Positions 1 to 8,675 are shown, counted from the first letter of the stretch. The stretch: DNA of 31,788 bases from Candidatus Limnocylindrales bacterium (GCA_046704705.1 JBJKRK010000296.1:1-31788); one strand, 5' to 3'. Numbers and translations: made by a program. Notes: a model not told the origin generated them from the letters alone.

Positions 1-130
1 CCGCGGAACTCAGCCTGGTCGTCGAGCGACGAGGGCCCGTGGCGGTGGTCCGGCGTTCACCAGGGGTGCGTCCTCGGTCACTCGACCGCGGACGTGCCTA
101 TGGTCGTCCAGTAAGGGCCCACCCTGCGCC

Positions 131-192
131 TCTCTCTCCCGGGCGCCTGTCTGCGCGCCCATCTCCCTCCCGAGCGCCTGTCTGCGCGCGCT
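131..192. repeat. 31-bp tandem duplication (2 near-identical copies)
   Basis: 131-161 tctctctcccgggcgcctgtctgcgcgccca versus 162-192 tctccctcccgagcgcctgtctgcgcgcgct. Confidence 0.8.
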
Positions 193-396
193 GAGGGTCC
201 GTCCCCGTAACCCGATCGACAGGCACGCCCGCCCAGACTGCCGGCATGCACAGCGAGTCGAACCGCCGGGTGTCCGTGCTGCTCCTTCGCCGTACGCCGC
301 GGTGGCTCGCGATGCCTCGTACCCGTCGGTCACTCGGGTGAGCGCCTGCCCTGCCGCCATCCGGGCCGATGCACCGCTGCTTGAAAGGACACCTCG

Positions 397-2400
397 ATGA
401 CGGCTGTCACCCGCGATGCCAGCACCCCGCACACCAGGTTCCGCATCAACCTGCGCGAGCTGGTGCGCTCGCGCGAAGGGGAGTCGCCCTGGGCGCTTCC
501 AGCGCTGCTCGGCGTCACCGGTCTGGCCATCGCGCTCTACATCTGGAACCTGTCGATCAGCGGCTACGCGAACACGTACTACTCCGCGGCGGCGCTGGCT
601 GCCTCGAAGAGCTGGTCCGCGTTCTTCTTCGGCTCGTTCGACCCGGCCAACTTCATCACCGTCGACAAGCCGCCCCTCGCGATCATGGTCATGGGGTTGT
701 CCGTGCGGCTCTTTGGCCTGAGCTCGTGGAGCATCCTGCTGCCCCAGGCGCTCGAGGGAGCGCTGACGGTGGCCATCCTTTTCCTGGCCGTCCGGCGCTC
801 GTTCGGTCCGCTCGCGGCGCTCATCGCTGGGCTCGTCATGGCGCTCACGCCCGCGGCCGTGCTGATCTTCCGCTTCAACAACCCGGACGCGCTCCTGGTG
901 CTGCTGCTCGTCGCGGCGGCATGGGCCCTACTCCACGCGCTGGACGACGGCAGTCTGCGCTGGACCGCGGTTGCCGCAGCGTTCGTTGGCCTCGCCTTCC
1001 TGACCAAGTACCTGCAGGCGTACCTGGTGCTGCCGGGCTTCGCGCTGGTCTACGGGTTCACCGCGGATACGACGCTGCGTCGGCGTGTGACCGGGTTGTT
1101 CGCGGCGGCGATCACGGTGGTCGTCACGAGCGGCTGGTGGGTTGCAGTCGTGCAGCTCATCCCCGCGGCCTCGCGACCGTTCATCGGCGGCAGCACCACC
1201 GGTTCGCCGCTCGATCTGATCTTCGGCTACGACGGGCTGGGGCGCCTGTTCGGTCGCACCGGACCGGGCGGCGGCGTGGGCGGATTCGGGGGAACAGCAG
1301 GCCTCTTCCGCCTGTTCAACGCGGACTTCTTCGGCGAGATCGCCTGGCTGCTCCCGCTCGCGCTCGCTCTCCTGCTGCTCGGCATCTGGCTCCGCCGGCA
1401 CGCTCCCGCCACGGATCGAGGCTTCGCCGGGTACCTGCTCTGGGGATCGTGGTTCGTGATGACCGCGGCGGTCTTCAGCTTCATGTCCGGCGTCATCCAC
1501 TCCTACTATGCGGTGGCCCTCGCGCCGGCGGTTGCGGCGCTCGTGGGGGCCGGCGTGGCCGACCTGTGGGCGCGTCGGTCGCGGGGGTGGCTGGCCCCCG
1601 CAGCGCTGGGCCTCGCATTCGTGGCATCCGCCTGGTGGGGCTGGCAGCTGCTTTCCCGCACGCCCGATTTCGCGCCGTTCGTGGGGCCGCTGGCCGTGGT
1701 GCTGGCAGCAACGGCGGCCGCGGTGCTGCTGCTCGGGTCAGTGCCCCGGCTGTCACCGGTCCTCGGCCGGTTCTCCGGCCCGGCGCTGGCACTCGGCCTG
1801 TCCGCGCTGCTCCTCGCGCCAGCGGCCTACGCGTCCGCCACGCTGGGCACGTCGTACGGCGGGGGCGACCCGCACCCCGGGCCCGGAGCGGCGGGGACTC
1901 GGTTCGGTGCGGCGGGTCATCCCGGCGCCTTCGGAGGCCCGGCAGATGGAGGCAGCGGTGTTCCCTTCGGCGGCGGCACACTGCCTGCCCCTGCTGGGAC
2001 CTTCGGGCTCCCCGGCGGAGGTGGGGCGGACAGCGCCCTGGCCAGCACAGCCCTCGACAGCTACCTCGTGGCGCACCGCGGCAGCGCGACGTGGATCGTG
2101 GCCATCAACTCGGCACAGGACGCCGGCTCGATCGAGCTCGCGACCGGCCTCCCCGTGATGGCGATGGGCGGCTTCACCGGCTCGGATCCGGTCCCGACAC
2201 TCGCGCAGCTGCAGCAGTACATCGCCTCGGGCAGGCTCCGCTACGTGATCGTGGGAGGCGCCGGCGGGTTCGGCGGGCCGGGTGGTTTCGACAGCCTGAG
2301 CTCGGAGCGGATCGCGTGGGTGACGAGCGCGTGCAAGGTCGTCGATGACGCGGGCAGCGGCCGCCGCTCGCTGTACGACTGCGCGGGCGCGGCGACCTGA
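397..2400 (+). CDS. Glycosyltransferase family 39 (ArnT/PMT-like, YycA/YkcB-like) polytopic membrane protein
   Basis: 667 aa with many TM segments. Motifs NTYYSAA, FFFGSFD, ITVDKPP, RFNNPD and FLTKYLQAY are typical of PMT_2/GT39 proteins. Gly-rich C-terminal region; AAGGA upstream of the ATG. Confidence 0.88.
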   Translation: MTAVTRDASTPHTRFRINLRELVRSREGESPWALPALLGVTGLAIALYIWNLSISGYANTYYSAAALAASKSWSAFFFGSFDPANFITVDKPPLAIMVMGLSVRLFGLSSWSILLPQALEGALTVAILFLAVRRSFGPLAALIAGLVMALTPAAVLIFRFNNPDALLVLLLVAAAWALLHALDDGSLRWTAVAAAFVGLAFLTKYLQAYLVLPGFALVYGFTADTTLRRRVTGLFAAAITVVVTSGWWVAVVQLIPAASRPFIGGSTTGSPLDLIFGYDGLGRLFGRTGPGGGVGGFGGTAGLFRLFNADFFGEIAWLLPLALALLLLGIWLRRHAPATDRGFAGYLLWGSWFVMTAAVFSFMSGVIHSYYAVALAPAVAALVGAGVADLWARRSRGWLAPAALGLAFVASAWWGWQLLSRTPDFAPFVGPLAVVLAATAAAVLLLGSVPRLSPVLGRFSGPALALGLSALLLAPAAYASATLGTSYGGGDPHPGPGAAGTRFGAAGHPGAFGGPADGGSGVPFGGGTLPAPAGTFGLPGGGGADSALASTALDSYLVAHRGSATWIVAINSAQDAGSIELATGLPVMAMGGFTGSDPVPTLAQLQQYIASGRLRYVIVGGAGGFGGPGGFDSLSSERIAWVTSACKVVDDAGSGRRSLYDCAGAAT

Positions 2401-2452
2401 GCCGTGGGCGAGGGCAGCCCCGGGCCCGGGCGAGTGGCGGCTGTCCGGGTTC

Positions 2453-3667
2453 TCAGGCTGTGGCCGTGCTCACGACCTGTTCCCCGTCCTGCCAGACCGC
2501 CTCGACCCGCTCGGCCAGCCCGACGAACTCGTACGGGTCGCCTGCGACGACCGCGAGATCGGCCCGCTTCCCGGGCTCGATCGAGCCGAGCTCGTCCTCC
2601 ACCCCGAGCAGCTCGGCAGCCACGATCGTGGTCGCCGCGAGGACCTCGGCCGGCGGCATCCCGCCGGCGGCCATGAGCTCCAGCTCGCGGAGGTTCTTGC
2701 CGTGCGGCGTGACGGGGCTGTCGGTGCCCATCGCGACACGGACGCCGGCTGCCACGGCCCGCCGGAACGACTCGCGATGGACGTCCACGACCTCACGCGC
2801 CTTTGTCAGGCTCGCCTCGGGGATCTGCACGCCCCGCGCGGCCGCGTCGATCACCCCCTGTGGGGCGACGAGCGTCGGCACGAGGTAGGTACCGCGCTCG
2901 AGCATCAGGTCGATCGCCTCGTCGTCGAGGTAGATGCCGTGCTCGACCGAACGGATCCCGGCCCGTACGGCGTTGATGATGCCGGCCGTGGACTGCGCGT
3001 GCGCCATCACCCAGCGACCCGCTGCCGATGCCTCGGCGACGAGCGCCCCGAGCTCGTCCAGTCCGAACTGCGGATGCCGGGGGTCGTCCCTGGCCGACAG
3101 CAAACCCCCGCTCGCGGCGACCTTGATGACGTCGGCGCCGTCGCGGATCAGCTCGCGGACCTTCCGCCGCATCGCGTCCGGGCCGTCCACCACGCCGCTG
3201 GGCATCCCCGGGTAGACGGCGAACATCCCGGCCTCCGCCCCGCTCGGGAGCCAGGGATCGCCGTGGCCACCGGTCTGGCTGAGCATGATCACCGAGATCT
3301 GCATCCGCGGCCCGGCGATCAGACCCTCCTCGAGCGCCCGCTTCATGCCCAGGTCGGCGCCGCCCGCGTCCCGCACGGTGGTGATCCCGAGGCGCAGCGT
3401 CGCGAGCAGGCTGCGCTCGGCTTCGTAGAAGCGGTACGAGATCGGCGTCTGGAGCAGCCGCCAGGTGTCGACATGGCTGGCCGCCATGTGCACGTGGCAG
3501 TCGAACAGCCCGGGCAGCAGCGTCCGACCGGCGACGTCCACGGCGCGGTCGCCGTCCAGCCGCGGACCCACGTCGACGATCCTCCCATCCTGGATCGCGA
3601 CGTCTGCTTCGGCAAGATTCCGTCCCGGCGCATCGAAGACCCGACCACCGGTGAAGACCGTCCGCAT
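2453..3667 (-). CDS. Metal-dependent amidohydrolase (prolidase/ochratoxinase-like subgroup)
   Basis: Metal-site motifs PGLFDCHVH, VIKVAASGG, AHAQ, SVEHG, MGTDS. Start moved from 3880 to ATG 3667 (MRTVFTGG), which has GGAGG 6 nt upstream. Confidence 0.88.
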   Translation of the reverse strand: MRTVFTGGRVFDAPGRNLAEADVAIQDGRIVDVGPRLDGDRAVDVAGRTLLPGLFDCHVHMAASHVDTWRLLQTPISYRFYEAERSLLATLRLGITTVRDAGGADLGMKRALEEGLIAGPRMQISVIMLSQTGGHGDPWLPSGAEAGMFAVYPGMPSGVVDGPDAMRRKVRELIRDGADVIKVAASGGLLSARDDPRHPQFGLDELGALVAEASAAGRWVMAHAQSTAGIINAVRAGIRSVEHGIYLDDEAIDLMLERGTYLVPTLVAPQGVIDAAARGVQIPEASLTKAREVVDVHRESFRRAVAAGVRVAMGTDSPVTPHGKNLRELELMAAGGMPPAEVLAATTIVAAELLGVEDELGSIEPGKRADLAVVAGDPYEFVGLAERVEAVWQDGEQVVSTATA

Positions 3668-3847
3668 GACCAACCTCCGTCGCGGCATTCGATCCAGCCG
3701 CTGCGCCACATGATGGCGCGCCGGGCGGATCGTGGCAGACCGTCTCGCCCCCGGATGGCGCGGCCCACGGAATGGCGCCTTCGCCCCGGCATGCCGCGAG
3801 ACCCTCAGCGGTGGCACTGTCCGCGCCAGCTGGGCACCGTCCGCGCC

Positions 3848-3955
3848 GATCGGCCTGCCCGGCATTGGCCCGGCCGGCAATCGGCCTGCCCCGCAAGCGA
3901 CGTGCCCGCAATCGGCCTGCCCGCAATCGGCCTGCCCGCAATCGGCCCGGCCCGC
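3848..3955. repeat. Degenerate ~15-bp tandem repeat, about 7 units, consensus AATCGGCCTGCCCGC
   Basis: Exact copies at 3910-3924 and 3925-3939; variants at 3848, 3864, 3879, 3895 and 3940. Confidence 0.85.
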
Positions 3956-4235
3956 ACCAGGTCGCCGCGCCCGTCACGGGCTGCGGATCTCCGCCTCACC
4001 CGAAGCCGCCGCACAGCGTCGAGGTCGCCCGCCCCCCGGCTGGTTGACGACGGCCCGCCCTGGAGCGCGGCCGGCGCCTCACTCCGGTACGATGCGCCCG
4101 GACCGTGCGGCGCACCCTGGGTGTCGCTGCAGGCCGGAGGTGGCGGCGTCGTTGCCTCGTGCAGGGCAGCGTCCCCGCGGCACCCGACCGTCCGGCGTGC
4201 GTGCCCCGCGCCCAGGGGAGGAGGAGATCCAGGAC

Positions 4236-5597
4236 ATGGACGAGCGGTTCGACTTCGTGATCATCGGTGCGGGTGCTGCCGGCGAAGCGGCGGCGTATCT
4301 GGCACGTGAGCGCGGCGCCTCGGTCGCGATCGTCGACCGAGAGCTTTTTGGCGGGTCATGCGCGTACTGGGCATGCATGCCATCCAAGACGCTGCTGCAC
4401 GCCGCTGGCATCCATGCCCTGGGCGGGAACTACGCCTGGCCCCGTGCCGCCGCCCGGCGCGACTGGATGATCAACCGGGAGGGGGTCGAGATCCCGAGCG
4501 ACGCCGGTCATGAGAGCGGGCTCACATCCGCGGGAGCAGTTCCCATCCGAGGTTCCGCCCGCCTCGCCGGCCCAGGAACCGTGGTGGTGGAGTCGGCCGA
4601 GGGACCCCGCACGTTCCACGGGTCGCACATCATCCTGGCCGTCGGCTCGAACGCCGCCGTTCCGCGCGTGGAAGGGTTGGACGGGATCGTGCCGTGGACC
4701 AACCGGGAGGGCACCAGTGTCCGCGCGCTACCGGCCACTCTCGTCATCATGGGCGCCGGGCCCACGGGTGTCGAGCTCGCACAGGTCTACGGGCGCTATG
4801 GCGTTCCCACCGCCCTGATCGCGTCGCAGCCTTGCGTCAACGCCAGGGATCACCCCCGCAGCTCGGCCGTGCTCGAAGCGGCGCTGCGCCACGATGGCGT
4901 CGACATCCGGACAGGGGTGCGCGCGGTGCGAATCCGCGCCGGGGCGGGCGCCGCCGGCGCGCACGTCGTCGACCTTTCAGACGGTTCCACGGCGGAGGGC
5001 GCCGAGATCCTGCTCGCCGTGGGTCGCCGGGTCCCCCTCGACGGGCTGGGCCTTGAGACGGTCGGGGTCGAGGTCCGCGACGGCCGTGTCGCTCCGGACG
5101 ACCGGTTGCGCATCGCCGAGGAGCTCTATGTCGTCGGGGATGTCGCGGGGCCGGAGATGCACACCCACGTCGCGCACTACCAGGGCGAGATGGCCGTGCG
5201 GATCGCCATGGGGGAGGACGCGCGGCCCGATTACCGGGCCATCCCGCACGCCACGTACACCGACCCGGAAACGGCCGGCGTCGGCCTGCTCGTGGAGCAG
5301 GCACAGGTACAGGGACGCGACGCGCTCGAGCTGACGGCCGATCTGGCGACCTCCGCGAAGGGCTACGTCTCCGAGTCCGGGGGCCACGTGACGATCGTGG
5401 TCGACCGCGGGGAGCGGCGCCTGCTCGGGGCGTTTCTCGCCGGCCCGGGCGCGTCGGAGGCGCTGCACGAGGCGGTGCTGGCGGTCAAGACACGGACGCC
5501 GCTGGACGTGCTCGCGGACACCATCCATGCCTTCCCGACCACCGCACGCGTGATGGGGAACCTGTTCGTCGACGCGTACCGGCAGCTCCAGGCGTAA
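4236..5597 (+). CDS. Class I pyridine nucleotide-disulfide oxidoreductase (dihydrolipoamide dehydrogenase/mercuric reductase fold)
   Basis: FAD motif IIGAGAAG, redox pair GGSCAYWACMPSK, NAD(P) motif GAGPTGVE, C-terminal IHAFPT. ATG 4236 follows a GAGGAGGAG-rich RBS region. Confidence 0.88.
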   Translation: MDERFDFVIIGAGAAGEAAAYLARERGASVAIVDRELFGGSCAYWACMPSKTLLHAAGIHALGGNYAWPRAAARRDWMINREGVEIPSDAGHESGLTSAGAVPIRGSARLAGPGTVVVESAEGPRTFHGSHIILAVGSNAAVPRVEGLDGIVPWTNREGTSVRALPATLVIMGAGPTGVELAQVYGRYGVPTALIASQPCVNARDHPRSSAVLEAALRHDGVDIRTGVRAVRIRAGAGAAGAHVVDLSDGSTAEGAEILLAVGRRVPLDGLGLETVGVEVRDGRVAPDDRLRIAEELYVVGDVAGPEMHTHVAHYQGEMAVRIAMGEDARPDYRAIPHATYTDPETAGVGLLVEQAQVQGRDALELTADLATSAKGYVSESGGHVTIVVDRGERRLLGAFLAGPGASEALHEAVLAVKTRTPLDVLADTIHAFPTTARVMGNLFVDAYRQLQA

Positions 5598-5640
5598 GCG
5601 CACGGTGGATCTGGCATCGCCGCGCGGCCCCGGCCGGTCG

Positions 5641-6192
5641 ATGCCTGCGCGTCGGCGCTGCGCATGGGCGGCCGCCGACCCGGCGCTCGCGACCTACCAC
5701 GACCTCGAGTGGGGCCATCTGCCCGCCACCGAACGCGACGCGTTCGAGCTGCTCACCCTGGAGATCTTCCAGGGAGGGCTCTCCTGGCGCACGGTCCTCG
5801 GACGCCGGGAGGGATTCCGGGCTGCCTTCGCCGTCTTCGATCCCGAGCAGGTGGCGCGCTTCGGAGCGGAGGAGCTCGAGCGGCTCGCATCGGACGCGCG
5901 CATCGTCCGCCACCGGCAGCGCATCGGCGCGACGATCGAGAACGCTCGACGGTTGCTGGTGGCGCGGGTGGAGTGGGGGAACGGCCCCCGGGATCGTGAC
6001 GCTTTCGTCCGGAGGCTTGCGCTGGCTCGCGACTCGGGAGACGCGGGCACCCTTGCCGCGGAGATGCAGTCGAGGTTCGTTGCCGTTGGCCCGGGCACCG
6101 CCAGGAGCTTCCTCCAGGCCGCCGGTGTCGTGCCGCCGGTCCATGAGGCGCACTGCTGGCTGGCACCCGCCCCTGACGGCCGATGCCGGTAG
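5641..6192 (+). CDS. tag: DNA-3-methyladenine glycosylase I (Tag family)
   Basis: RCAW, YHDLEWG, FELLTLEIFQGGLSW, RIVRHRQRI and C-terminal HEAHC Zn ligands. Start uncertain (5605 GTG or 5641 ATG). Confidence 0.82.
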   Translation: MPARRRCAWAAADPALATYHDLEWGHLPATERDAFELLTLEIFQGGLSWRTVLGRREGFRAAFAVFDPEQVARFGAEELERLASDARIVRHRQRIGATIENARRLLVARVEWGNGPRDRDAFVRRLALARDSGDAGTLAAEMQSRFVAVGPGTARSFLQAAGVVPPVHEAHCWLAPAPDGRCR

Positions 6193-6219
6193 GGGCTTCG
6201 GCCCGGCTCGGGCGGCGCG

Positions 6220-6228
6220 TGCGATAAT
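6220..6228 (+). promoter_or_regulatory. Extended -10 promoter element (TGcGATAAT) for the 6276 ORF
   Basis: TGn plus GATAAT about 48 nt upstream of the start codon; AT-rich relative to its surroundings. Confidence 0.5.
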
Positions 6229-6275
6229 CGCTCGAACGACCCCTGGAATACCCTGTTCTGCCGTGAGGAGGAACG

Positions 6276-6644
6276 TTGGCCAGCAGCACCGGACTCGCCC
6301 AGGACCCCGCGGAGTACCGACGTCGGCTGGCGGATCAGTCCGACGAGCAGATCGATGCATGGGCCGCCGAGCTGATGCGCGATCTCTCGATCCGGATCGG
6401 CGTGCGACGGGTGGTCAGCGATGTGCTCGCCGCGGCGCGCGTCGACGAGGGCCAGTTCGAGCACATCTTCGCGGCCGGAGGTGGTTCCCCGGCGACCGTG
6501 GGTCGCACGGCCGACGGCGAGCTGATGGTCCCGGCGATCGAGCTGTGGTGCATCGTGCGCGGCATCCGGGCGAGGGTGCCGGAACCCCGCGAGCGCCTGA
6601 TCGACTACCTGGTCGGCTGCTTCGCGGAGATGGTCTACCTGTAG
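6276..6644 (+). CDS. Hypothetical protein, 122 aa
   Basis: GAGGAGGA RBS before a TTG start, strongly GC3-biased codons, globular-looking composition; no recognised motif. Confidence 0.75.
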   Translation: MASSTGLAQDPAEYRRRLADQSDEQIDAWAAELMRDLSIRIGVRRVVSDVLAAARVDEGQFEHIFAAGGGSPATVGRTADGELMVPAIELWCIVRGIRARVPEPRERLIDYLVGCFAEMVYL

Positions 6645-6654
6645 CTCCAGCGCC

Positions 6655-6674
6655 GCGCGGTCTCAGGACCGCGC
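6655..6674. terminator. Possible bidirectional hairpin between the convergent hypothetical gene and parB
   Basis: GCGCGGTC-TCAG-GACCGCGC, an 8-bp stem with no U-tract. Confidence 0.3.
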
Positions 6675-6721
6675 CGCAGCCGGAGGGCGCGCTGGCGCGA
6701 GGCGGTGGTGCTGCGGCTGGC

Positions 6722-7822
6722 TCAGCGCCGTCCCGGGTCGGCGCCCTGTCCGGCACGCAGGACGACGATCGCGTTCTCGAGCCGGAGCTTGGCGATCGTG
6801 AGGTACTTGGCCAGGTTCGCGCGGTCCGTCTCGCTCGCCTCATGCATGGCGTTGGACCCGCGCAGGACGTCCACCAGCTCATCGAGCGCCTCGCCGAGTC
6901 GGGTCTTCGCCTGGACCAGCGCGTCGTCGCCCAGCACCCGGGGACCACGCTCGTCGGAATGCCCCGCCAGCAGGCCCATGGAGTCGGGCACGCCGTCGGG
7001 GGAGGCGTCCTCACGCGCCGCTGACGCCTGATCGGCCGCCTCAGCCGCCTCGCCGGCGGCGGTCGGGATCGTGGCGCGGCCGCCGGGACCAGTGGTCATC
7101 TCCGGATCGACCGTGCTGCCGGCCCGCCGACCCTCGATGCGCTGGCGCAGCTTCATCAGGGACAGCTCGCCGCGCGCCACCTGCTCCGCGAGCCGGCGGC
7201 GCTTGCGCGGATCCTCGACCTTCAGCAGCTCGTACGCATGGGAGACCGTGTCTTTGCGCAAAGACACGAGCTCGCGGACCTCCGGCGGCGCGTCCGCCAG
7301 GCGCAGCCGGTTCTCGATGTAGCCCTTGTCCTTGCCGATCTTCTGGGCCAGCTTGCGGATGCTGTAGCCGTGCTCGCGCGTCATCCGGTCGTACATCGAC
7401 GCTTCGTCGAGTGGCGAGAGGTCTTCGCGCTGCAGGTTCTCGATGATCGCGATCTCGAGCGCGGTGTCATCGTCGAGTTCCTCGACGAGCCCCGGCACGG
7501 TCGTCAGGCCGGCGAGCTGTGCGGCGCGCCAGCGCCGCTCCCCGGCCACCAGCTGGAACCGGCCCGCGGCAGCCGGTCGGACCAGAATCGGCTGCAGCAC
7601 CCCGTGCTCGCGCAGCGACGCGGCGAGCTCGTTCAGGCCGACCTCGTCGATCATCAGCCGCGGCTGTTGCGGGTTGGGGTCGATCCGGTCCACCGGGATC
7701 TGGCGGACGCCGGGCAGCTTCTTCTCGCCCTCCCGGCCCAGCAGGCTGAGTACGCCGGTGGGAAGCTCGCGATCTTCGGACAGGCGACGCGCGGCGGCGC
7801 TGCGGAAATCGGGCCTAGCCAA
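6722..7822 (-). CDS. parB: ParB/Spo0J-family CTPase partition protein with divergent HTH and long C-terminal region
   Basis: NPQQPR, GVLQPILVR, arginine patch AGERRWRAA, ENLQREDL, HTH SIRKLAQKIGKDKGYIENRLRL. Overlaps the parA stop. Confidence 0.93.
   Translation of the reverse strand: MARPDFRSAAARRLSEDRELPTGVLSLLGREGEKKLPGVRQIPVDRIDPNPQQPRLMIDEVGLNELAASLREHGVLQPILVRPAAAGRFQLVAGERRWRAAQLAGLTTVPGLVEELDDDTALEIAIIENLQREDLSPLDEASMYDRMTREHGYSIRKLAQKIGKDKGYIENRLRLADAPPEVRELVSLRKDTVSHAYELLKVEDPRKRRRLAEQVARGELSLMKLRQRIEGRRAGSTVDPEMTTGPGGRATIPTAAGEAAEAADQASAAREDASPDGVPDSMGLLAGHSDERGPRVLGDDALVQAKTRLGEALDELVDVLRGSNAMHEASETDRANLAKYLTIAKLRLENAIVVLRAGQGADPGRR
7247..7268. promoter_or_regulatory. Palindrome copy 1 (candidate non-canonical parS), inside the parB CDS
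   Basis: Perfect 22-bp inverted repeat CGTGTCTTTGCGCAAAGACACG; core GTCTTTGCGCAAAGAC at 7250-7265. The sequence is certain; the function is inferred. Confidence 0.7.
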
Positions 7823-8585
7823 GGTCGATCACCTCCCGTGCCAGCTCGCGAAACGAGCGAGCTGCCTCCGACGTCCCGGCGTAGACGGTCACCGGCCGGC
7901 CGGTGAGCGGCGCCTCTCCCAGTTTGACCGTGCTCTTGATGATGCTGTGAAAGACGTGGTGGTCGCCCAGCTCCCGCAGTTCGTCGAGCATCTCGCGACC
8001 CAGCAGGGTGCGGCCGTCGTAGAAGGTGGGCAGCAGGCCGAGGATGCGGAGGTCGCGGTTGAGGCCCTTCGCGCGGATCTGGTTGATGACCTTGACGAGC
8101 GCCGTGAGTCCTTTGAGCGCGTAGTACTGCGTCTGCACCGGGATGATCACGTCGTTCGCCGCGACGAGGCCGTTGATCGTCAGCAGGCCGAGAGTCGGCG
8201 GGCAATCGACCAGGACGTAGTCGTACCGAGGTTCGACCCAGCCCGCGAGGGCTTCGCGCAGTGCGTGCTCTCTGCCGATCGCGGTGAACAGCTCGACTTC
8301 GGTGGACGCCAGCTCGAGGGTCGCAGGGGCCACGTCGATGCCCGTGGTCTGCGTGGGCACCACGACCTCGTCCATCGTCGCGCGCGCGTCGCCGAGCACA
8401 TCGGAGACGGAATGTTGCAGCGTCCCGAGGTTCACACCGAGTCCGACGGTGAGGTTCGCCTGCGGGTCCATGTCCACGCACAAGACCCGGTGGCCCTGCT
8501 CGGCGAGTGCACCGGCCAGATTGATCGCCGTTGTCGTCTTTCCCACGCCGCCTTTCTGGTTGGCGATCGCGATCACGTTCGTCAA
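7815..8585 (-). CDS. parA: ParA/Soj-family partition ATPase
   Basis: Deviant Walker A IANQKGGVGKTTT, VDMDPQAN, DCPPTLG, IIPVQTQYYAL. Likely TTG start at 8585 with AGAGGG upstream. Confidence 0.94.
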   Translation of the reverse strand: MTNVIAIANQKGGVGKTTTAINLAGALAEQGHRVLCVDMDPQANLTVGLGVNLGTLQHSVSDVLGDARATMDEVVVPTQTTGIDVAPATLELASTEVELFTAIGREHALREALAGWVEPRYDYVLVDCPPTLGLLTINGLVAANDVIIPVQTQYYALKGLTALVKVINQIRAKGLNRDLRILGLLPTFYDGRTLLGREMLDELRELGDHHVFHSIIKSTVKLGEAPLTGRPVTVYAGTSEAARSFRELAREVIDLG

Positions 8586-8675
8586 GGCGCGTCCCTCTCT
8601 CTGTCGCTCGTGGGCGGCGATCGTCCCGTGCGCGGCCGGCGATCTGGTGTTGGCGCGGGATGAGCCAGGCAAGGC

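Noticed and set aside
1-130. Tail of an upstream gene
   Set aside because: No frame gives a recognisable protein; it cannot be assigned from this fragment.
4044-4093. TTGACG...TACGAT as a sigma-70 promoter pair
   Set aside because: The spacer is 38 bp, far from 16-18 bp.
3668-4235. N-terminal extensions of the amidohydrolase (to 3880) and oxidoreductase (from 3732), and ORF 3772..4047
   Set aside because: Low-complexity translations running through the 15-bp repeat; better RBS-supported starts lie downstream.
4236-5597. Mercuric reductase MerA
   Set aside because: No N-terminal HMA domain, no C-terminal Cys-Cys pair, and no mer genes nearby.
6722-8585. parAB as part of a plasmid, prophage or ICE
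   Set aside because: Flanked by housekeeping genes with matching codon bias; no integrase, rep, relaxase or att duplication seen.
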